The notes under the pieces: model-generated
Database searches by the model: none
Told to the model about the DNA's origin: nothing
What the model saw: only the letters and a program-made list of their open reading frames with translations
Translations under genes and position numbers: made by a program
Origin: Tatumella morbirosei
GTDB lineage: Bacteria; Pseudomonadota; Gammaproteobacteria; Enterobacterales; Enterobacteriaceae
Reading direction: 5' to 3'
Length of the DNA stretch: 24,000 bases
NCBI RefSeq assembly: GCF_000757425.2
Contig: NZ_JPKR02000004.1
Location: 759,941 to 783,940 of the forward strand
In this document: piece after piece, positions 17,443 to 23,968 of the stretch
Position numbering within the stretch: the first letter of the stretch is position 1
Layout: each line of letters begins with the position of its first letter

Positions 17443-18216
17443 TTAGCCTGGTGACAGCCCCGGTGAAGCACTGTATTCACTGGGGGAAACTCCCAGTACC
17501 CGCCGGAACATCACACTGAAGGCTGCCGGACTGTCATAACCGGCTTCCAGGGCAGCTTCCAATACCGAATGACCCTGGCTCAGTGCATTCATAGCGGCAA
17601 TAATTTTTGCCCGTCTTACCCAGTCACTGAAACTCAGGCCGGTTTCGCGCTGAAAGCGGCGCGACAGGGTTCTGCCGCTAATACCAAGCTGGTTTGCCAC
17701 CTGTTCGAGTTCGTAGTTTTCCGCGACATTCTGTTTTATCTCTTCACATACCGCCAGTAGCTGCAGACAGACAGGTTCGGGTAAATTTAGCGGGAGTATT
17801 GGCATTATCCGAAGCTCATCAAGAATCAACTCAATAATTCGTTCATCACGGCCGCCGGAGAGAAAGTGGGCCGGAATACCCAGTGATGCATTAATCAGTT
17901 CCCTGAGCAACGGGGTGATTTGTACCACCTGACACTGAGCTGGCAGGTCAGCACGGGCCAGCGGGTCGACAAACAACGTCCGGGCCCGGACATGGCCGGT
18001 AAATTTCAGGCTGTGAACTGTTCTGGCGGGTAACCAGACACCGCGGCCAGGCGGGACCAGCCAGTCTCCGGCAGGCGTGGTGACTCTGACCAGACCACTG
18101 AGAAGATGAATCAGCTGACAGCAGCGGTGGCTATGGCCGGGTTCTGCGGCACCATGCGGATAATCTATCGCGACGGTCGTCAGTGACTGGCCGGGAGCCA
18201 GAAAGTCATCGTGCAT
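17443..18216 (-). CDS. AraC/XylS-family transcriptional regulator with cupin N-domain
   Basis: ORF 17443..18360, trimmed to ATG 18216 (MHDDFLAPGQ...); ATG 18234 is an alternative. It has a cupin-like sensor (H.H.CCQLIHLLSGLVRVTT..GDWLVPPGRGVWLPARTVHS) and a C-terminal double HTH (VANQLGISGRTLSRRFQRETGLSF...AALEAGYDSPAAFSVMFRRVLGVSPSEY). Confidence 0.85.
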   Translation of the reverse strand: MHDDFLAPGQSLTTVAIDYPHGAAEPGHSHRCCQLIHLLSGLVRVTTPAGDWLVPPGRGVWLPARTVHSLKFTGHVRARTLFVDPLARADLPAQCQVVQITPLLRELINASLGIPAHFLSGGRDERIIELILDELRIMPILPLNLPEPVCLQLLAVCEEIKQNVAENYELEQVANQLGISGRTLSRRFQRETGLSFSDWVRRAKIIAAMNALSQGHSVLEAALEAGYDSPAAFSVMFRRVLGVSPSEYSASPGLSPG

Positions 18217-18308
18217 GAAGTTACCTTTACACATCCGTGGGCTATTATTGACTGAAACTATAGTCGGTTTGGGAAAGACTATAACCGGTAATCTCCCGGG
18301 GAGTGGTG

Positions 18309-18725
18309 ATGATGTTGAAAATGATAATAGTGAGTGGGCTATTTTTTTCTCTGCCGGCACTGGCAGAGCCGGAATTTGCCGTATCGATCGAGAGTTCGTT
18401 GAAAGAGTGTAGCCAGAAAGCCGTCACTACGCTTGACAGTGTGGACTGTTATTCTGCGGCTGAAAAGGCATGGGATAAAGCTCTGAATCGGCAGTACCGG
18501 TTGCTTATCGAGGGGCAGTCGCCGGAATTCCGGGCGGCAATGAAAATCTCACAGCGCGCATGGCTAAACTACCGCGACCATTATCTTGATTCCTTACGGT
18601 CATTTTACCGGCAGCAACAGGGCACTATCTGGTCGATTATAATGAGTGAGGCCAGTATGCGTCTGACCCGTAACCAGGCGATAGAGCTATATACATTACG
18701 CCACAGTACTGATCTGCAAGGCTGA
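18309..18725 (+). CDS. DUF1311 / LprI-like (lysozyme-inhibitor family) periplasmic protein
   Basis: ORF 18303..18725. The likely start is ATG 18309, with GGGGAG 6 nt upstream. It has a signal peptide (...FFSLPALA|EP). The DUF1311 signature is C...........C...A...WD..LN..Y..L........F...Q.AWL.YRD. Confidence 0.8.
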   Translation: MMLKMIIVSGLFFSLPALAEPEFAVSIESSLKECSQKAVTTLDSVDCYSAAEKAWDKALNRQYRLLIEGQSPEFRAAMKISQRAWLNYRDHYLDSLRSFYRQQQGTIWSIIMSEASMRLTRNQAIELYTLRHSTDLQG

Positions 18726-18791
18726 GTATGCCCCCGCGTGAGTCGTCCGGAGGCATAACACGACTCTGCAGATCAGATAAAACACATTATA

Positions 18792-19088
18792 TTAATGTGC
18801 AGCCGCTGGTTTTTCGGGTTTTGGCGGCAGTGGTAACACTTCGATCCTTACCTGGTATTTACCGGCATCGACCTGAGGAACCTGAGCCACCAGATTTTTC
18901 AGTGTTTCGGCGGGTGTCGAGGTTGTTTCGGTCACTGCGTAGACCGGCATGGGATGCGGAGGATGCATGCCACCGTACATGTGATGTTCAAAATCATGGT
19001 GGTCATCAGACTGTGGGCCCGGCGCAGCATAAGACAATGCTGAGACCAGTAACAGTGGTGCAGTAAGACAAATCGCCAGTTTTTTCAT
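18792..19088 (-). CDS. Small secreted His/Met-rich protein (putative periplasmic metal-binding protein; family not recognised)
   Basis: ORF 18792..19160, trimmed to ATG 19088, which has a perfect AAGGAG SD 6 nt upstream. It is 98 aa with a Sec signal peptide MKKLAICLTAPLLLVSALSYA|AP. The mature N-terminus HHDFEHHMYGGMHPPHPM holds 6 His and 3 Met in 18 residues, and the C-terminal residue is His. Confidence 0.7.
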   Translation of the reverse strand: MKKLAICLTAPLLLVSALSYAAPGPQSDDHHDFEHHMYGGMHPPHPMPVYAVTETTSTPAETLKNLVAQVPQVDAGKYQVRIEVLPLPPKPEKPAAAH

Positions 19089-19480
19089 GATGAACTCCTT
19101 AAAATTTAAGTCCTCAGCAGGATCGGTGAAGTGCTGCCTGTTCTTCAACCGTTTTTGCATGTTGTTTACCTGTTTTTCGATATCCCAACAGTTGTTTCTG
19201 TTGGCGGAAAAAATGCGGTTTTGGTCGCCAGCGGGCTTCTGGCTGAGAGCATTTTCAGTGGGGGCGACATCTCCGAATCATCAAAATAGCGGCGGTGTTT
19301 TCTGCTGTAGTAAACGAGGTTCAATCTGCAAAGCTGCATGCCGTCAACTCAGTGGTCCCGGGGGGATAACTGAGAGTGGCATCAGGTGCAGGTGACTGCG
19401 TGGGACATCACATTCAGAGTTTTTGTGAAAAGCCGGATAACGGCGAATAAACATCCTGAAACGTTTTAATTTATTTAATC

Positions 19481-19508
19481 GTTATATAACTTGTTATACA
19501 GCGTTATA
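19481..19508. repeat. Three GTTATA hexamers, the first forming the perfect 10-bp palindrome GTTATATAAC; candidate operator
   Basis: The sequence is GTTATATAACttGTTATAcagcGTTATA. The hexamers start at 19481, 19493 and 19503, giving spacings of 12 and 10 bp (about one helical turn). It sits in the AT-rich core of the divergent control region, about 80-105 bp upstream of the receptor ATG. Confidence 0.35.
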
Positions 19509-19577
19509 TTGCTTTCCTGGCTCCCGAAAGGCAATGACAACCCTTTGTTTCGGGAAAAATTAAATAAAAAAAGTAGC

Positions 19578-19596
19578 GAAAATAATAATGCTAATC
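19578..19596. promoter_or_regulatory. Fur-box-like 19-mer overlapping the receptor start codon
   Basis: GAAAATAATAATGCTAATC matches GATAATGATAATCATTATC at 14 of 19 positions by hand alignment. Its position across the ATG (19588) is atypical, so confidence is low. Confidence 0.3.
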
Positions 19597-21708
19597 TGTA
19601 AGCAATTTCAGGGAAAAAAAAGTCTGCTGTGTCTTTCGTTGTTGGCCAGTATCTCAGCATCGGCTGCGGTTCAGGAACCCGGAAAAACGCTGGTGGTCTC
19701 AGCAAAACCTACCCAGGGTGCTGATGCCACCCAACAACAGGCCACTCCCGGTAACCTGGGAAAAACCCGCGTTAAAGATGTCCCCTGGTCTGTACAGACG
19801 GTTTCTGCGCCCATGATGAAAGCTCAGCAGTTAAAGAGCGTTAATCAACTGTACCGGTATATGCCCTCGGTCCAGGGAGATGGTGCCCGGCCACAGACCC
19901 GTGGGATGCAAGGTAGTGTGGTACAAAACAGTATGATTGACGGATTAAATGTGGTGTCGACTACCGATTATCCGGTAGAACAGTTTGACCATATTGAAGT
20001 TCTCGATGGTCTGGCGGGATCACTCTATGGACCCGCAAATCCGGCGGGGCTGTTTAATTTCGTCTCAAAACGCGGCACGGATACTCCATATCATTCCATT
20101 ACCCTTGGCGGAGGGACCGGACTGACCCATAAGCTGGCTGGCGATTTTAGTGGTCCGCTCGACAGTAATGACAGAATCCGCTACCGCGCTAATGTGCTGG
20201 ATGATGAAGGTGACGGTTATGTTAAAGGCAGCAAAATTCGTCGTCAGATGTTTAGCCTGGCGCTGGATGCTAACCTGACCGACAACACCCTGCTGGAAAC
20301 CAATTTCAGTTATTACCACTATTACGATAAAGGTCTGCCGGGGAAATTTGCGCTGGCCAGCGGAGTTTCTTTCCCTTCAGCCCCGAACCCGAAAACAGCG
20401 CATCTTGGGCAGTCGTATGCCGGTAATAACAATCATACGCTGACTGCCGGCATCCATCTGAAACATGATTTTAATGGCAACTGGCTCGGCGAGATTGGTT
20501 TTTTGCGTCAGATTGCCGATCGTGAATCTACCGCAGTCACCAATACCCTGACCGATAACGCCGGCGACTACACCACGACATCTTCAACCAGTACAGCCAG
20601 CCGTTTCACCATTAACAGTTATATGGCGAATATCAGTGGCGAAGAGGAGACCGGACCGGTGACTCATCAGATTTCTGCGGGGATTCGTGGTTTTTCATGG
20701 AAAAACTATAACCCGGTGGCGGGTGGGACTAAAACGCTGGGCAGCGCCTCACTGGATAATCCACAAGCTTTTACTGAGCCGGAATATCCTGACTTTACTC
20801 ACCGTTATCATTCGGCCAGTACCACTCAGACGTCATTGCTACTCAGCGACACTCTGACGTTTTCACCAAAGTGGAGTACTATTCTGGCAGGCAGTGAAAG
20901 CCAGTTAGCGACCTCAAACTATGGGGCCAGCGGATCAAGGACCAGCGATTCGTCTGACAGTGGTTTCAGTGGTTCTGCCAGTCTGTTGTATAAACCCATC
21001 GAACCCCTGACACTTTACGTAACCTATGCCGACAGCCTGCAGCAAGGGGATACGGCACCCACTGGCGCCACCAATGCCGGTAACATTCTGGCCCCTTACC
21101 GCAGTAAACAAATTGAAGCCGGCAGTAAACTGGCCTTAGGCCGGATGCTGCTGACTGCCGCGCTGTTTCAGATTAAACGTCCGTTTGCTTATACCGACAG
21201 TGATGGCGTGTATGCGTTGGACGGTGAACAACGCAACCGGGGTCTGGAGTTAATGGCTGAAGGTGATGCCACCCAACGAATTCATATTTATGGGGGGATG
21301 ACCTGGCTCGACCCTCGTTTGCTGGATACGGCGACTACCACTACCAGTAATAAGCAGGTGGTCGGTCTGCCCCGTTATACTGCCAGCCTGTTCGCTTCTT
21401 ATGATCTGCCGCTATTGCAGAGTTCTGAAATCCATGCCGGGGTACGTTATGTCGGACGTCGCGCCACGGATAACACGAATACCCGCTGGGTAGGTAGCTA
21501 TACCACTCTGGATGTGGGGAGTTCATGGAAAACCCAACTGTTTGCCAAAGCAACAACCTTCCGGCTGGATATCACTAACCTGACTAACCGCCATTACTGG
21601 ACCAACATTGTACCTGGTGGCCTTAACGGTTATACCGGTGCGGGTTATGCCAGTGCCTCTGTAGGTGAACCACGGATGGCCGAAGTCTCAATGCAGGTGC
21701 AATTTTGA
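19588..21708 (+). CDS. TonB-dependent outer-membrane receptor (siderophore/metallophore receptor type)
   Basis: 706 aa with a signal peptide (...SISASA|AVQ). It has a TonB-box-like TLVVSA, plug-domain motifs (VQTVSAPMMKAQQ..., IDGLNV, IEVLDGLAGSLYGPANPAGLFNFVSKR), a 22-strand-type barrel with alternating aromatic residues, and a C-terminal SMQVQF ending in Phe. There is no FecA-type N-terminal signalling extension. Confidence 0.92.
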   Translation: MLICKQFQGKKSLLCLSLLASISASAAVQEPGKTLVVSAKPTQGADATQQQATPGNLGKTRVKDVPWSVQTVSAPMMKAQQLKSVNQLYRYMPSVQGDGARPQTRGMQGSVVQNSMIDGLNVVSTTDYPVEQFDHIEVLDGLAGSLYGPANPAGLFNFVSKRGTDTPYHSITLGGGTGLTHKLAGDFSGPLDSNDRIRYRANVLDDEGDGYVKGSKIRRQMFSLALDANLTDNTLLETNFSYYHYYDKGLPGKFALASGVSFPSAPNPKTAHLGQSYAGNNNHTLTAGIHLKHDFNGNWLGEIGFLRQIADRESTAVTNTLTDNAGDYTTTSSTSTASRFTINSYMANISGEEETGPVTHQISAGIRGFSWKNYNPVAGGTKTLGSASLDNPQAFTEPEYPDFTHRYHSASTTQTSLLLSDTLTFSPKWSTILAGSESQLATSNYGASGSRTSDSSDSGFSGSASLLYKPIEPLTLYVTYADSLQQGDTAPTGATNAGNILAPYRSKQIEAGSKLALGRMLLTAALFQIKRPFAYTDSDGVYALDGEQRNRGLELMAEGDATQRIHIYGGMTWLDPRLLDTATTTTSNKQVVGLPRYTASLFASYDLPLLQSSEIHAGVRYVGRRATDNTNTRWVGSYTTLDVGSSWKTQLFAKATTFRLDITNLTNRHYWTNIVPGGLNGYTGAGYASASVGEPRMAEVSMQVQF

Positions 21709-22736
21709 TAAAAATTAAACTACCGGGAAAACTTCCGGCCTTAACGACCTTGCTGTTCAGTCTGTCTGTCAGTCCGTGGGCAGCCGCACAGACGGTTACG
21801 GATGATGCAGGACACCAGGTGACGGTGCCTGCCAGTGCTCACCGGATTGCTGATGGCTGGTTTGCTCACCACTCACTGTTGATGACGTTAGGGGCAGGAG
21901 ACCGTATTGTGGCTACGGTAAACCACCCTAAAGATCGTCCCTGGATGTTCAAAGTGCAACCTTCTTTGTACAAAGCACTTCAGACGCCTGGCCATGAGTT
22001 TTCCAGTGAAGCGCTGGTACTCAGGCATGTGGACGTGGTGTTTGTATCGAAAAATGATCCGGCAGCGCAGAGCTACCGTCAGGCCGGAATTCCCGTGCTG
22101 ATGATGAATTTTGATGACTTTCCCTCTATGGAGCGTTCGTTACTGACGACGGCGGCGGTCGTGGGTACGCCACAGGCCCGTCAGCGTGCCGAAGCTTATA
22201 ACCATTACCTTAACCAGCAAATTGCGATGATTAGTCAGAAAACCCGTGGGCTGAGCCAGCAACAGCGTCCGACAGTGTTACATATTCAGTCGCTGAAACC
22301 GCTGAAAGTTGACGGACGCAATACGCTGATAGACACCTGGATCAGGCTGGCGGGGGGCAGAAATGTTGCCGCGACAGTTGACGGTAATATGAAGGAGATT
22401 ACCCCTGAACAGGTCCTGGCCTGGCAACCGGATTATATTATTCTGGATGCGTCGGCAGGAACCCTGGAGCAGTCACCCTTTCAGGGGATTTTTAGTCAGT
22501 TACGCGCGGTTAAGCAACATCATGTAGTGCGTAATCCTTCCGGGGTGTTTCCCTGGGATCGCTACGGAACCGAAACTGCCCTGCAAATCCAGTGGGCCGC
22601 CCGGTTACTGCACCCTGCATTATTCAGGGAGCTGGATATGGTTCGCCAGACCCGTGATTTTTATCAGCAATTTTTCGACTACCCACTGACTGACGATCAG
22701 GCGAAGCGCATCCTGGCTGCTTTGCCACCACAATAA
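21705..22736 (+). CDS. Periplasmic substrate-binding protein, cluster A-2 (FhuD/BtuF/FecB-like, Peripla_BP_2)
   Basis: 343 aa. The only start compatible with the signal peptide (KLPALTTLLFSLSVSPWAAA|QT) is TTG 21705, which overlaps the receptor stop (TTTTGA), implying translational coupling. The two-lobe pattern (RIA.....HSLLMTLGAGDRIVA ... PDYIILD...) is typical of iron-complex/corrinoid binding proteins. Confidence 0.88.
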   Translation: MIKIKLPGKLPALTTLLFSLSVSPWAAAQTVTDDAGHQVTVPASAHRIADGWFAHHSLLMTLGAGDRIVATVNHPKDRPWMFKVQPSLYKALQTPGHEFSSEALVLRHVDVVFVSKNDPAAQSYRQAGIPVLMMNFDDFPSMERSLLTTAAVVGTPQARQRAEAYNHYLNQQIAMISQKTRGLSQQQRPTVLHIQSLKPLKVDGRNTLIDTWIRLAGGRNVAATVDGNMKEITPEQVLAWQPDYIILDASAGTLEQSPFQGIFSQLRAVKQHHVVRNPSGVFPWDRYGTETALQIQWAARLLHPALFRELDMVRQTRDFYQQFFDYPLTDDQAKRILAALPPQ

Positions 22737-22742
22737 GCAGTA

Positions 22743-22769
22743 TGCCGCCCGTCAAATATACGGGCGGCA
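22743..22769. terminator. Strong GC hairpin between the convergent binding-protein and ADH genes (bidirectional terminator candidate)
   Basis: TGCCGCCCGT-caaatat-ACGGGCGGCA, a perfect 10-bp stem with a 7-nt loop. It lies in the 39-bp convergent spacer. The flanking U-tracts are poor. Confidence 0.6.
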
Positions 22770-22775
22770 CGATAC

Positions 22776-23840
22776 TTATCCGGCAGCGACATCCCAACGG
22801 GTTCGTTGCATATCAATGACGAAGCGATACTTAATTTTTCCCGCAAGCATACGGTTAAATGCTTCTTCAATGTCCTCACCCCCTATCACTTCAACGTCTG
22901 CCGTAATATTGTGCTGTCCGCAGAAGTCGAGCATTTGCTGAGTTTCTGCAATGCTACCGATGGACGAGCCGCCGATGCTCAGACGTCTGAAAACCATTGG
23001 AGTGATTTCCGGGCCCGGATGTGGATTATCAGGAATACCCACCAGCACCATCCGACCATTAGTTTTCAGCGTGTTCAGATAAGGATCCAGCGAGTGTGGG
23101 GCAGCAACGCAGTCAATAATCATATCCAACTGCTGGCTGTACCCGGCCATCTGCGCCGTGTCCGTTGAGACCACCACCTGAGTGGCACCCAGCCGCAGAG
23201 CATCGGCACCTTTCTGCGGGGAAGTTGTGAATAAGGTCACTTCAGCACCGAGAGCACTGGCCAGTTTGACCGCCATATGACCGAGTCCCCCTAATCCAAT
23301 CACCCCCACTTTCTGGCCGGGTTGCAGATTGTAATGTTTCAGGGGAGACCAGACCGTGACTCCGGCACAGAGCAGTGGCGCCACGGCATGTAAGGGCAGA
23401 TTGTCAGGAACCGAGACAACAAAATTCTGGTCAACGATAATCTGCTCAGCATAGCCGCCGTAGGTTGTTTTTCCGGTGTGACGATCGGTACCGTTATAGG
23501 TGGGCGTAAAACCCTGGCGGCAATATTGTTCTTCCTGCTGCCTGCAGAACTGGCACTCTCCGCAGGAATCAACCATCACTCCGACACCGACGTAATCACC
23601 GGCCTGAAACCGGCTGACCGCCGCTCCCGTTTCTCTGACTCTGCCGACAATCTCGTGCCCCGGCACCAGGGGATACTGGCTGACTCCCCATTCATTGCGT
23701 GCCATGTGTAAATCGGAATGGCAGACGCCGCAATAGAGAATATCAATACGGATATCCCCGGGCTGAAGAGGGCGGAGAGAGAGGGAACCGGTTGTCAGTG
23801 GCGCTTCAGGGTTCAGGGCCATAAGAGAGTTAATTTGCAT
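22776..23840 (-). CDS. yahK: NAD(P)-dependent Zn alcohol/aldehyde reductase, YahK / cinnamyl-alcohol-dehydrogenase subfamily
   Basis: 354 aa. It has the catalytic Zn motif CGVCHSDLH....EWG...YP.VPGHEIVGRV, the structural Zn cluster (DSCGECQFCRQQEEQYC) and the Rossmann motif GVIGLGGLGHMAVKLA. It is colinear with E. coli YahK as I recall it. The symbol is by family resemblance only. Confidence 0.9.
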   Translation of the reverse strand: MQINSLMALNPEAPLTTGSLSLRPLQPGDIRIDILYCGVCHSDLHMARNEWGVSQYPLVPGHEIVGRVRETGAAVSRFQAGDYVGVGVMVDSCGECQFCRQQEEQYCRQGFTPTYNGTDRHTGKTTYGGYAEQIIVDQNFVVSVPDNLPLHAVAPLLCAGVTVWSPLKHYNLQPGQKVGVIGLGGLGHMAVKLASALGAEVTLFTTSPQKGADALRLGATQVVVSTDTAQMAGYSQQLDMIIDCVAAPHSLDPYLNTLKTNGRMVLVGIPDNPHPGPEITPMVFRRLSIGGSSIGSIAETQQMLDFCGQHNITADVEVIGGEDIEEAFNRMLAGKIKYRFVIDMQRTRWDVAAG

Positions 23841-23968
23841 AGGATACCTGCCAGCGGGTTATTGCCGCGTAGTGTTATAGGGTAAAAAGAGTGGCACACT
23901 ATAGATATGCAGAACCTTTAATGGTAGTAGTTACCTTTTGGTGACCATGGATTATCGCGGAGCAGAAC

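Noticed and set aside
18739-18766. Terminator between the convergent DUF1311 and His/Met genes (GAGTCGT-N13-ACGACTC)
   Set aside because: The 7-bp stem has a 13-nt loop and no U-tract on either strand. This is too weak to call.
19087-19395. 102-aa plus-strand ORF, and the 76-aa minus-strand ORF 19475..19705, in the divergent control region
   Set aside because: Their composition is Cys/Phe/Ser/Arg-rich and non-protein-like, and neither has an SD. The first starts antisense within the SD and start of the His/Met gene. The second runs through the AT-rich promoter and the receptor signal-peptide region.
19160-19440. Cobalamin riboswitch upstream of the receptor/BtuF-like pair
   Set aside because: On the minus strand I saw a B12-box-like string (AGCCAGAAGCCCGCTGGC versus E. 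coli AGCCCGAAGACCTGCCGGC) and a CCACTG. On the plus strand I saw a partial GGTTCAATCT...GCTG...GCCGTCAACT..GT resemblance to the GGTG.GAATCC...GC.G.CCCGCAACTGT core. The two partial matches are on opposite strands. The AGGGAA and GGGAAGGC elements are missing. The region is about 200 nt from the receptor RBS, with promoter-like AT-rich DNA in between. Only a cmscan could settle it, and I treat it as unsupported.
19476-19498. Canonical Zur box at GTTATATAAC
   Set aside because: Aligning the 23-bp Zur consensus in either register matches only one half-site at a time. The palindrome is 3 bp too short (GTTAT|ATAAC instead of GTTATA-N-TATAAC). It is kept only as a Zur-half-site-like repeat finding, not as a Zur box.
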